Assembly: GCA_015680685.1 (NCBI GenBank)
Contig: MNCI01001077.1
Span: 501,627-565,626 of the forward strand
DNA length: 64,000 bases
Reading direction: 5' to 3'
Origin: Gnetum montanum
Lineage: Eukaryota > Plantae > Gnetophyta
A model generated the notes under the pieces. The model saw only the letters and a list, made by a program, of their open reading frames with translations, ran no database searches and had not been told where the DNA came from. Of the stretch, positions 51,451 through 64,000 are shown piece by piece. The position numbers were made by a program, and so were the translations under genes. Position 1 is the first letter of the stretch; each line of letters starts with the position of its first letter.

Positions 51451-51687
51451 ACCCCTTAGTTCAACATGTGCTAGGTGCCTATTTGCCTCTAATCTCTACA
51501 TGCCTCATTTTCCTTTTATTTGTGTTGTTACACTTTGTATGGTTGCTGGTGTTTTACATCATTTATTTTATTATGAATTCATTCCTTTTGTTTATGCATC
51601 TTCATTTAGTTTTCTTATGCATTAAAAAACAATAAAATACATAAAGATCATAAAATATAAAATTTTTTAAAAAATACATACAACCCA

Positions 51688-52152
51688 CCATGGCCTAAAA
51701 TTGGCCACCTTCCTTGCAATGTCATGGCTTGAAAAGGCCTTAAACTAACATAGAGCCCATCATGGCCTAAAACTAGTCACCTTCCTTGCATTGTCATGGT
51801 CCAATAAGACCTTAAACTAGCATACAGTCCACCATGGCCTAAAACTAGCCACCTTCCTTGCATCATCATGGCTTGAAAATTCCTTAAACTAGCAGAAAGC
51901 CTACCATGGTCTAAAATTTGCCGCCTTCCTTGCATCATTATGGCCCAAAAAATCCTTAAACTAGCATATGGTCAACTACAACCTAAAATTGGCAACCCTT
52001 TTACTTTCATCGCAATGGATTACCATAGCCTAAAATTGGCATCACATTTTCTTCTTTTATTTATGGCCTTAAATAACCTTAAACTAGCAATCGTTATGGC
52101 CTGAAATGACCTAAAACTAGTACTGGCCCTTCTACCATGGCCTTAAACTGGC
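51688..52152 (+). repeat. GGCCTAAAACT/GGCCTTAAACT tandem array (about 61-bp dimeric unit) after the protease of D
   Basis: Repeated catggcctaaaactagccaccttccttgca + tcatggc..aaaa..ccttaaactagcata. Confidence 0.9.
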
Positions 52153-52389
52153 ATGGGGAGCACAAGTGGCCTAATCACATCAACCAACCACATTATTAGC
52201 ACTCAATACTTAGCAAATAAACGCAAGACTTTACATAATACACAATCCACATAGCAAAAAATACTTTATTACTACATCTCCATTAATCCATCAATAAAAT
52301 ATATGGCATGACTATAAAGAAAAAATGGCAAAAAATGAAAAATTTCCCAATATTAGGGCTACATTAGGACTGCTTAGCTAATGGTATTC

Positions 52390-55300
52390 AATTGGGGTTA
52401 AGGCTCCTCCTCCTCTTCCTTTGTTGCTCCATTGGGGCTTGCGGTATTGCTTGGTGCCTACTTAAAGCAATGCAAAATATTAAACTAGTCAGCAAAGGAA
52501 CAACATGAAAAACTAATATAAAAAAAATAACACCAAAAATAAAAAAGTCAACTAACCTAAGAGAGTTCCACATCGATTTCTGGAGGTAATTTATCAAAGC
52601 CCACCTCTAAGCATTGGAGGATTTTGGCCTCTGATAGCTACATCCATTCCTCTTGGCCAAAGTCAATACCTATGAGGGTCTTGTCTTTGTCCATGGAGGT
52701 CCATGCAGGTGGCTCTATTGAAAATTTCATAGAGGAAACCTCCCCTAAGGGAACAACAAAGTACCTCTCTAGAGACTTACTCATGACTATGTGATGAGCA
52801 AACAACTCATAAGTCCATGTCCCATTAATTTCCTCAAGAAACATATCATAGCAATGGTGTTTGAAGAACTTCTCTTGTATCATTAAAGGTATGAATTTTT
52901 CTTGTTCTTGTATTGGTGCTTTTGGTTTTTCTGATTTTTCTCCCATTGATACACCTTTATGCTATAATACTTCCAATCCTACTTTTTTTTGGCTAGCAAG
53001 TCCATTTATAGCCTCTACTCGATACTCTCTCTAGTGGCCTCATTCTTGCCCTAGATTTCCAACCATTACCTAGCATAGTCAATCTAAACTATTCACCAAG
53101 TACTATCCTCTAGTGCATGAGCTTCAAGGAAATCTTAACATGACTACAAATCCTTCATCTTAGCACCTTGGCTCATTGCCCTATCCTAGAACTTGTGCAC
53201 TTGTTTCCACAGATGCTCATTTGTGTGCTTGGAAACCCATAATGCCTTTACACATGAAAGTGTCCACTTACTCGTTTCCTCATACACATTGTGGAGCACA
53301 TGCTCCACCTTAGGGAAAAACTCAGGATATCATCCACTTTGGCCACACTGCTCAGTTTCCAACAAAGATTTGAACTTATTGACATATAACAAGTAAAAAA
53401 TGATTAGCCACAAACTAAGCATCAAATCAGTAAAGCAAAGAAACATCACATGCATACCAACCTTGGGATCCACCTACTATATGTAGTCCACCATGTCCTA
53501 AACCCAACCTTCCATGAAGGTGAACTTCTCAAGTGTTTCTACCCATGGCTCCATGTAGTAGGTAAAGGTGGATGCCAAATCGCTAGCAGGTACATCTATG
53601 GCTACAATGAAATAACACATTTAGATATAATCAAATACCCAAAGATGCAAGAGTAGAAAGAGAGTAGTGAAAATTGAAACTCAAAGCACATACCTAGTAA
53701 ACCCTTACATGTGAGAGTGGGGGGATCACCTAGTTACACATCATCAAAGAGGTTATCAAAGTCACCCTTATCAAGGTGAAGTAGTCCCTCCTCCTCCAAC
53801 TATTAGAGGAGCTCTATAGCCTCATGTAGCTCTTCCCCCTATGCCTCTCCCTCATCAATTTGAGGAGGGACCTCCTCTACTACTACTTTTCCCACTACTC
53901 AGGTAGCCCTCTCACCTAATCCAAACAATTCACACATGTCAAGATTAGCATTTTAACACTTAGCATAATATAGCATAGTGAAAAATTCCTAAAAATATAA
54001 ATACATAAAATTCAAAAATGCATCTAATAACTTGTACTAACCCACAACATCTGTACATAACCCATGAAACTTTAGGTGGATCTTCTTGTTGCCTACCTTT
54101 TTGACCTCCCATGTAAGCTCCTCTATGGGATGTGGCCTTTTAATCTTTGCCTTAGATGATCCCACTATCTTGAAAATATAACACTCTTCCTTGGCTACAT
54201 TCTATATACCAACTGGTGGTACCTCACCTACACTATTATGCAAGTAGTTAGATCAAACCAAATAACCTCTTGTCATTATGAAAAATCACTCATCAATTAC
54301 CTCTAGTTCATCTCGTGCTTCGATGATAGAAAATAGGTGCTTAATCCATGGCTTCAAGAGTTGTGTGTAGTCTTGCACCATTCATCATCCATCCTTGCAA
54401 ACCACTGAAGCTCTGCAAACCTTCGTAGGTATCTTGCAAAGAATGTGGAGTGCATGTGCAACCTTGCTTGGAGGTTGTAGTGCAACTTAACAATCTCAAC
54501 ATGTAAGCCACCAAGAATGTGAGAGGCCTAGTTGTACCTTGTGCCCTCCTCCAGCATGTCCTTCATCACTCAAGCTTTCTCCACCCCAAGGATTTTTAGT
54601 TAGGAAAGTAGCTTTAGAAATGCATAGGCATGAAAAAAGGATAAAACTCATGAACCATAGGCACCTACACATCCTTAATGAGTATGCCTTTGTGAGATCG
54701 AGAAGTTCCTAGCCACTCCTCAATATCGCCTCAATGGTCCACCTCTCTATTGGTTTTATCAATGACCAAGACGCCATCAAAGGAGAGGTTAAAGAGGTTA
54801 AAAAATAAGTCATTGATGAGGTCCAAGACCACCCTCACACCACGTACCTACATGACAAAGTGATGAGTATTTTTGCTAAAGGAATCAATAATAGCAACCA
54901 TTTTAGCCACTGGAATGCTTGGGATAAGGACCACGAAAAGGTCCATCAACCCATCCCACATAAACCTATTGGTCAAGTCCACTAGGAACTAGTTGCACAA
55001 CCAATGTTATGCACCCTTAAAATCTTCATACTTCATGATGAGGGTTTCCTCAGTGCAGTACATAATAACCATTGTAACCTCTCCCAGATCAACTACTGAT
55101 ACAATACAAGCAAAAAAAAACATTAGCGTCATGCAAAAAGGTAAAGTAGAAAATGCACAGGAGAAAAATGATAAATTTCTTACATGGGAAAAAAGGTGTG
55201 TGCAATGGTGATGGTGGAACCAATGCATCCTTAACACTAGGTACACTGTTCACCCACTTTGCATCCAAGCATCCATGGATCTAACACCTCTCATAGGCTT

Positions 55301-56000
55301 TTAGATACTGACAAGGATAGTCCACCAAGTTGGATCCCTTTTGCGTAATCACCCTAGTAGGAATTCTCTCAAGGGATGAAAATTCCTACAAGGTAGTGTG
55401 AGTTAAGTTTAGGTCCCCCTACTCATCATGCAAGCCATGCTCATGAATGCTAAACCTAGCAACAAACATGAGCAATTAGCACCTTAGTATGAGCCAATAG
55501 CTAGAAGAAAAGGGAAAAAATCATAAGGACACTTACCCTTTAGCACAGTACACTATCCCAAGTGGGTTCTGAAATAGGTTATGCATGCACCAAGTAATAA
55601 GAAGGGTGTTTCTCTTGCTATAACAACTAAATTCTAGAATTTTCCAAATCCTAGACAAAGGTCTAATGCCCCTAGGGCCTTAACCTAAACCTCCTACTTT
55701 GCCATCACTGATAGTGGGCTCATCAAACATGAACCTTAGAACACTCTGATTTGTCCTAGGCAACAATGTCTTTGTGATGACACTAGCAGGTTCTACTACT
55801 AAATGTGACCATATCATCACATTGAAGTGTTAGAGTAGGAATTCTAGTAACTCATGTGCTCCTAGCTAGAACCATACCGCCTAGTGACCCACACACATGT
55901 CTAGTATGGGCGTGTTTGGAATGGGCTCACTCATACAGTAGAGGATGCCAACAAGCTCCACAACGATGAGGACTAACTTCAACAATATGCTACTACCACA
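52390..56000 (-). pseudogene. Antisense multi-exon gene of element D, homolog of 32348-36632
   Basis: Minus translation gives LVLIVVELVGIL..VWF.LGAHELLEFLL.HFNVMIWSH..NTLLI..LFQNP and ETLIMKYEDFKGA.HWLC..LFNL..DG..EEWLG. Intron 55456-55536 has the same position and phase as in C. Poly(A) signal AATAAA on the minus strand at about 52265. Confidence 0.8.
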
Positions 56001-59000
56001 AAAGCAACAAAAAAAGTGTTAGTATACATTGGATGCATGAAAATACATTAAATTACACCTAGAAAAATTAGCAAAGTTAACATAGGGTAGCATACCTTAG
56101 TAGAAAATTTATCCTTAGGGTCTCTTGTGGGCCTTGCAAGCATAAGAAGCTAGTACACATGTTTGACATGCCTAGTTCTCATTGGAGTATAGCACTAACA
56201 TAGCATTATCTTTTTGCTTTACATTTGCATTGTTTACATTGACTCAGTTCACATGTTTTAGTAGTTTGACATGCATGATTTGTAGGTTTGGAATTTTAGA
56301 AAAGCTCTTGTACACTTTGCATTTTGTTTTACATGTGCATTTTAGCATTTTCCATTCCCACACTTAGCATTTTTCATGTTTGGCATTTTATTCTTACACT
56401 TAGCAAATTCTTTTAATTTTTTCTAACTTTGGGCAACATGGCCTAAGATACCTAAAAACATTCTAACTCTAGGTTATGCCTCCTCAAGAGCATAACCCAA
56501 GTAAATGTCAAAAAATATTCTAACTATCAGCTATTATCCCTAGGGAGTATGCCCCCAAAAAAATCAACAAAAAATTTTAACAGCTAAGAGTGTAACCCCA
56601 AAATGCCCAAAAATGTTGCAAAATAAAAAAATAACCAACTCCTTCCACAACCATCTACACCATGTAACACCTATCAAAATGCTCATCATAGTTGTGGCCC
56701 TAGTGGCCATCCCCTCTTGCCTTGCTATGCTCTAGCATTTTGCACCTTCCAACCCTATTGTGCTATGAGGCACCCTCTATCCCATGGAACTACATGGACC
56801 CTTTGGCCCATGGTGCTCCATACACCATCTACCCCTTGGTATTTCCATGAGTCCCTACTCCTTGCCTTATCCTTGCCTTGCTCAACCATGTTCCAAACAC
56901 AAAATGGACAAAATGTAAAAATATTGTAGGGAAAAAGCTAACAACCACTCCCACCACCACATTACATCCTCACCCTAAGTACCATGCCCCCTTTATGGTG
57001 CCACCAAATCCTTGTTTCTCTCTAACATCAAGTGTTAAAGTTCTCACCATGGTTGTCATCTGTCATTACTCTCCCTACCCCCTTGCTTCTCCAGCATGGC
57101 CACCACCCTCATGGTCATGTTGTTTACCCTACCTTGGCCTCAAGTCCATGGAGAATACAAAAAAAATCTCTCTTCCTTAGTTCCATGCATTTTGTAACCC
57201 TCTTTATTCTCTTCATTAGCCTTCAGCCATGCTATGAGGTATGCTCACCTCGTGGCTCCCCATACTTTCCCTACCCCTTTCCTTATAGGCAATGGCCCTA
57301 AGGCCATCACCAAACCCTTATCCCTTATCCTTGCTTACATCATGGCCACATGAAAAATTGTAGTATTGCACAAGCCCACATCCTACTGAGCCATCAAAAG
57401 AAACAAAAAAAAAGAGAGGGGGTGGAGGGAGGGAGACATAACCCCAATGTGCTCTTGCATTACCATCCCTCATCCTATGTGCCAAGAAAGATGAAAAAAT
57501 GGAAGGATGAGGAAGTCCCATAACCCCTCATTCCTAGGCCATGGCCATCCTAGCCATAGCTAGAAAACCCTCATTTTTGTCCTTCCCCTATGCCCCATGA
57601 ACCATGGCTTCCACATTGAAAGACAAAAGGCAAAGGGGGGTAAAACATGTCCCCATGTAGAATTTAGCAAAGCTATAATTTTGCAATTGGTCCAATTCTA
57701 AATTTACATCAACCTTCTTATAAGCACTCCAACAAGAGGTCAACATGTCAAGGGTAAGTCATTCTAGTATTATGGATGATGGTTCTCTCACAATCATTCC
57801 AACGAGAGGTTGCCATTTTGGCAACAAGCCACCTTGGTGCCATGATCATGGTCATCCATGCTAACTCCACATCTTGTAGTATGATACACCGTTTGTTTCT
57901 CATTCCTCCCTTGCTATCCCAAGCTAATTCCCTACATGCATTACCTTTAACATACCATTACTTTTAGCACTCTCAAGCTCAACAAAGTATCATCCAATTA
58001 GGCATAGTTGAGCAATGTTGGTATCACACTTGCTATGGTGTTTCTATCTCTTTATTGATGTCTCTTGAGCCACTTCTCCAAATGTTAACAAAGAAGGGCC
58101 AATGAAAGACCACCAAATTTTTGAAAAAATACCTCAATAGAAACTTTTTCTAAGTGTCAACATAGGTTAAATTTACCTAACTGTTGGGAATACACTCCCA
58201 CTATTGGTACTAGGCTCTAGGGTGTAGTCCACGTAGCATGCAACATAGAGCTAGATATGAATAATTTTCTAAGTATCAATAGAAATTGTAAAAAATTTTC
58301 TAAGTGTTGTGCTACACTGCCATTCTTTCTACTATGCTCTAGAGCATATTCAGCATAGCATGCACTTTAGTGGCTAGTTTACCTAAGTGTCAAGCTAGGA
58401 GCTATCAAGCTAGCTCAACATGAAAGAAATAGTTTAGCAAATTTTCTAACTCTTGGGGCTACCACTCCTACTTCACTCTAAAGCATAGAGAGTGTAGCCT
58501 AGATGAGGTTTGCATGGGTTGCCAACATTTTCTAAGTGTCAGTGCTACACTCTAACTTTTCCTTACTACAATTTAAGGCATAGCCAGCATAGCCAACATT
58601 GGACTTCAATTTTTGTATAATTTTCCTAACTATTGGGCTATGCTCTAGAGCATAGCTAGCGTAGAAATGTAGAAAAACCTCTAAAAGCTTCCAAATCTTA
58701 GCACTAATATTCAACTTAACTTCAACATTCCTTTGGCAAGCATGATCAATAATTTGGCTTTCTTTTTCATCCTCTAGTTGTCCCCAAAATTGTACATATG
58801 CATGACCACACTTGAAAAATGAGAGAGTGTAGTCCCAGAGTGTAGCTTCTAAATTGCACCATTTTGCATTATTTATATGTGCATTGTGAGCTTTTCAACT
58901 CTGGCACATGTAGTATTGCTAGGGTAGTCAAAGTTCAATAGTCTCTTGGAGTCCATTGGAGCATAGCAAAGTGTAGCACTAGTTGTTCCAATGGAAGTGT

Positions 59001-59339
59001 AGTCGGATCTAGTGTAAGCCCAACTACCCTCATGCCATGTAGTGTCTAATCCACATATTACATCAAATTTAACCCTATAAATACCCCAGCATTTCACATT
59101 TTAGGGATTGAAAAAATTCAAACTTTGGTGGGCATTTTTCAGTTGACAACTTTCCATTCATATGGCATATTTTTTCACATGACAAACCTGAAGGAAACTA
59201 AGCACCCCTACATCCTAGAGTGCTCAGCACCTTTGCATCACCGCAACACATTATAGCACACTACATCTTATAGGACACCATAGTAGCCAATCCAGTAGGT
59301 GTAGACTTCATGGTGAATGTTATGTTCAATAGCCTACAC

Positions 59340-60960
59340 ATCCCATTGATTGTGAATATGTTGCCTACTACACTTGTCTATACACTGTGTACCTCCTGAT
59401 GGTATCATGTGACCAAAGACATGACCATGCTCTTCCATCTCATAAAGGTGCAAGTAGAAAGAGATTCTTCTATGGAGATAAGACATGAAAATTGCAAAGG
59501 AAAGATGATTAATCCTAATGTTTCCCATGAGGAAATTGATGATTATGCATTCTTAATAGAGAATCTCCATCATAATCACGAAGCCGACTCACAGAAACCT
59601 ATTATTCATTTGGAAGAGCCTATCAAGGTACAATTGCATCTCATCCTTGCAAGGAAAACAAGATGAAAGGTAGAAAACTCCAAATATAGGCAAGGCGCAA
59701 GGCCTAGAGCTTCTACAAAATCACAAAGGCATGAGATTCAAAGTCACAATTAAAGAACTAGTGAGCATCATTCTCCAACTAATTCATCTTCCTCCTTATG
59801 ATCATTAGTGAACTTTGACAAAAGTAAATGAAGACCTAGATATTATGATAGGGAAAGACATTGAGCTCATGAAAGGCATGAATATCATTGAAGGAATCTT
59901 GATGAGGAAGAGGATGAGTATGGACCAAGAAGAGACTAGATTAGGCATGAAGAAAGAAAGCATTACGAGCACCAAAGGGGACACCATTACAATAGATATG
60001 ACAAACCCATTGACCATGAAGAACCCTCATTGGCCACTTGGAGCATGATTAATATTCAAGAAGAAATATATGCTCCAACTAAGCACATACGGAGTAGTTG
60101 CATTAAGTGACTAGACATGAATAAAATGCCTATATTTGAAGGTGGATATAACCCAAATCCACAACATTACCTTCAATAATTTCATTTTTTCTATGCCCTT
60201 CAAAACATCAAATGTAACTAGTAGAAACTAAAATTATTTCCTACAACACTCATCAAGGAGTTAGAAAGATGGTATAGATCCTTAGAACTAGAATCAATTT
60301 AAATATGGAATACTATACTAAAACTTTTTAATGATAAGTATCAAACCTACTCACAAGCGTCTAATTTAGGAGAGTAGATCCAAGAATGAAAACAAGGGAT
60401 ACATGAATCACTTGATGCAATAATGGGTAGATACTATTCCTTATTGCATTGATGTCTAGACCATGGATTCTCATAAAGAAAATAATTAAGTCACATAGTT
60501 GATGGGTTGATAAAAAAACTTTGGATTTATTTTTATGAAAGATTATTAGAGATGAATGTGCATCAAATTTAATGACTAATATACTAAGTGGCAAAAGAGG
60601 AACAAAAACTGAAGAAGAGTGAATTAGTTGAGGAGTATAATAGAGATCCATTAATAAAGAAGCAAGATGCTCAAATGTGTGATAAATAGGAAAATGAAAT
60701 CTTAGAAGATGTCATTCAATATACTACTCTATTAATCCAAAAATTGGTTAATGATATAGCAACTAAGGTAGAGAACATGTGGGACTCAATAAATGAAAAT
60801 TTTGCTACATCCCTAAAGATCGTAGAAGAAAGGAATAAGCAAGCCTTCAACAAGAGCAAGGATAAGAGGAGGCTAAAAGAATATGGATAGGAAAATTGTA
60901 AATAGAAAGGAACATTGAAATAGTTAATGAATGTACCTAAAATACCACAAAAATTTCCAT
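59340..60960 (+). pseudogene. gag: Athila-like gag fragment
   Basis: DMNKMPIFEGGYNPNPQHYLQ..ALQNI..KLKLFPTTLIKE..RWYRSLE is homologous to minus-strand 12830-13060. Confidence 0.7.
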
Positions 60961-60979
60961 GTTATATACAATTTTCACT

Positions 60980-62523
60980 ATGTAGGTTTCACCCCATGAA
61001 ATCCAAGACAAACATTTATTGCAAATGTGAAGATTATAATCCATGAGGGGAAACCTCACATATTTTATACTTCAAGAGTTGAAAACATTTCTCTTAGGTG
61101 GTCAAAGCCTCATTTCCTAGGTGAAAAAGGCCACCTAGTATGTATATTTAGGCTTGGGGGGGCTTCAAAAATGCCTTTTCAAAAAATCAAAAATGACAAT
61201 TTGATGTGTTTTGTTAGGGCTATACACTTTTCTATGTTGGAAACATTTGTAGGAAGTAAATCTCACCTACCCACATTGTCAAGGGACGAGGGTTTCTGCC
61301 CCACTCCCCTTCCCTTCTCTCTGTGCGCCCCCCNNNNNNNNNNNNNNNNNNNNNNNNNNNNNNNNNTTCCCCCTTCAACATGGAAGTTTTACCCTTGCAT
61401 AAAGGCTCCATCCCTAGTGTGGAAATTGCATGTCTTGAGCATGGAAGCCATAAAAGCCAAATTTTATCACTCCATGCATTCTAACATTTACTAGCCAATT
61501 AAAAAAGGATGGTAGAAGGTCAATGTGGAAGACCTATCTTCAACATTAAAGGTATGCCTCTATTACTATTTATAGTAAAAAATGATGATGGGGAAAGGCA
61601 CTTATTATATATAGTAACCCTCAAAATTTGAGCATCTATCTCACCTATACAAGGAAATAATTTGTAGAAACTTGACAGCCAACTTTTAGCCATTGTGTAG
61701 CCAAATTACAACCCTATCACAACCATTTTGTAGACCCATTCATGGTCGAAAATCTATAAAAGACAACCCCAAACACGATTTTTCGTTCCATGATTTTTGA
61801 CAATTTTTACAAGGAAATAATCTTGGTAGTTCAATAATTTTTCATGGTTTAGCAATTTTTGGTTCCATAATTTTTTCATAATTCCACACTTTGAGATTTT
61901 CAAGCACTTAAGAGTGCTTTCAATCTTCCATGCTTGCATTCTCTTAAATCCCAACATAGAACCATTGTAGCCTTTGCAACCCTCCTTTGAGACTTGTAAA
62001 CATTTTGATGTCAATGATGTATTTCTTAGACTTCCAATCCCTAGTGCAAAGCAATATGGATACCAAATTTCTCACTTTTCTCATCCTCCAACAGTAATCC
62101 AAAATGCAAATCTACAATTTACAATAAAGAATATTTGAAGGCACTAAGAGTGGCTTGGTACTTGGATCATGGAGTAGGCATTGCCTTCAATGGGCTTTGA
62201 ACTCATGCCTTAATGAATTCTCCTTTGCTCTCTCATGGGCATTTCTTGTATATATTTCTAAAACTCATTCTTTATTGTTTTAATAAATTTTTAAAGTTTC
62301 ATTTTATGTGCAATCTGCATTCACTTTCTTTTGTATGTATTTGTAATTTTTTTGCATTATATTTTCTCAACTTCCCATTTATCATTTCATAAGTCCCTAG
62401 ATGATTTGTAGAACCATCAAGGTATCTCAAATTACATTTTTGCGAAGGCCCTAGGAACTCAAGGTTAAGGCTACTACACTAGATCTATTAGTTTTCTAGT
62501 GATTGATTTTTCTAATTGCAAGA
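60980..62523 (+). repeat. 5' LTR of Tat family E (contains an N gap; start approximate)
   Basis: Homologous to 4574-6040; followed by a PBS-like tgacacttggaggacc at 62531. Confidence 0.6.
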
Positions 62524-63261
62524 ATTTTCTTGACACTTGGAGGACCTTCACCAAATTTCTACCACTAGATCTAGTTTTCCCCATTGCCAAAATTTAATTT
62601 GCTAACTTTCTACACATTTATTGCAAACAAAACTTTGAGAAACCAATGATGCCCTTCCCCCGCTATGATAGATACTAGAATGTAGAAGTTGTAAGTGGTT
62701 GGGTGGTGACTTTTCACTATAGTTGATATGAATTTTTTATTTCAAAGCCAGTGTTAAAACCATTCACTCTTTTTCTTTTTTGCTTTCAATTTTATCTACT
62801 TTCCAAAGTGGGTGGTGCAACCCTTCTAGAAACCATCAAATTTCTAGCAGTCAACTCCCCCAAATTTTTCTAGCTAAGAAAATTGGCAACCTACTAAAAT
62901 CAAGTTCTAGTGAAAAACCACCAAATTTTCACTTTATTTTTTAGCCTTTTCTTCCCCCATCAATGTTGGATTAGAAAGATGTGTGATTCCCCTCATCTCA
63001 TCCCATTTCTATCCCTCCCTTCCATACCTAGTGTAGAAATACTTAAAGGGCTAGCATAGGTGAGTCTTGTTACCAACTTTTCCAACTTTCTATTTTTTGG
63101 TAAAGGGGGTAAACCCACCTAATCCCAAACTTAATAATTATAGAAAGTGCTTTGTTTTTAGCCATTTTTTTTTCTTTAACCATATTTGAATTTTAGTTAT
63201 TTGGATTAACTTCTATTTTTTCCTTTTATGCCTATTTTAAGTCAATTTTAACAAAATAATC

Positions 63262-64000
63262 ATGTCTTTCTCACATTCAACCAAGTTGTCTTTCATCCTC
63301 ACTAATGAAGGTCCTAGCCAACAAGCCATGAGGATCTATGATCCCAAAGACCTTGTTATCATTGAATGTAGGTAGTCATTGAGGGTTAGAGAAAAAGCAC
63401 TAATTTTATAGTCCTAAATAAAGACTAATATAACTACATTTGTGCCAAAATACATGCCAGCCTACTAATTCCATGTTTGAAAGTAGAAGAAAAAAGGGAG
63501 TTTGAACTCATCCATTGCAATGGTAGGGAGTACATTCCTTCCCCTTAAGACAAAATATCCCTCATCAATATCTATGTGGGTATCCTAGTCAAATTCATTA
63601 ACATGGATGAAGAAGATGACAAGCATATCTTATAGGAACAACAATAAGAGGAGGATAAGTTTAGGATGGAATATAAGCCTAAAAAAACCCTAGGAGGGTT
63701 GTTTCAACAAGAAACCACCAAGGCCATCGAGCCTTTCCTACATACCTCTATTTTTTCCATAAGTATGGTACCATCATCTTCCACTTCCTCCTATCCTACC
63801 ATGGCTCACCCCACACTAGTCATAGCTAGTCATCAAACTCAATTGATGCCACAATCCATGACCTATAATCTATTAATGCCTTTTCTCACACAAGCCTAAT
63901 TTATACAACCATCAATGGTGGTTTGAAGCCCCACAAACCCACTAACTACCCATGCAAGATCCACCATGGAACCCTAAGTAGCTTAGGCATCACACATCCC
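63262..64000 (+). pseudogene. gag: gag N-terminus of element E (runs off the window end)
   Basis: R.SLRVREK..YNYICAKIHASL..EFELIHCNGREYIPSP matches the other Tat gag N-termini. Confidence 0.75.

Larger units (their letters stand above)
45948..59335 (+). mobile_element. Non-autonomous Tat element D: LTR-PBS-gag-PR-[antisense gene]-PPT-LTR, no RT/RH/INT
   Basis: 5' LTR about 45948-47225 (5'-truncated) matches 58533-59335; decayed PBS taatgctagaatgaggg at 47232-47248; PPT 58090-58102; 3' LTR starts tgaaagaccacc at 58103 and is 3'-truncated. Confidence 0.85.

Noticed and set aside
51688-52152. Hammerhead ribozyme/retrozyme in the repeat arrays
   Set aside because: No CUGAUGA...GAAAC core with supporting stems was found by eye.

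Overview
This is eukaryotic DNA from a large, heavily methylated land-plant genome; the species cannot be determined. It is made almost entirely of nested, mutated retrotransposons, with pervasive C>T/G>A decay turning CAG/CGA/TGG into stops. I see no host gene, rRNA, tRNA or CRISPR array. Most of the window is Ty3/Gypsy Tat-clade elements (tRNA-Asn PBS; RT-RH-aRH-INT order). Element A (from 17493) is interrupted by B (from 22203). B is interrupted by a structurally complete element C (25463-43976) and followed by a non-autonomous element D (about 45948-59335). There are also fragments of further Tat copies, Athila-like and Copia (Tnt1/Tork-like) deletion derivatives, and a probable decayed LINE. 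Main discovery: C and D both carry, directly after the protease, a 4-4.5 kb ANTISENSE intron-containing gene. In C it has about 8 exons and about 1,100 codons, its own TATA promoter, and sits between PROT and RT. Manual splicing and translation give an N-terminal FCP1/NIF (HAD-family CTD phosphatase-like) domain lacking its catalytic aspartates, a PMD/Transposase_32-like domain, and a coiled-coil C-terminus. Intron positions and protein motifs are conserved between the two diverged elements. The cassette is bracketed by AAACTR-motif tandem arrays, and family-specific TACGCT palindromes cluster at both the LTR and the antisense promoter. It is a candidate retrotransposon-encoded regulatory or anti-silencing module. 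All domain calls are by-eye motif recognition and need HMM or structure confirmation.
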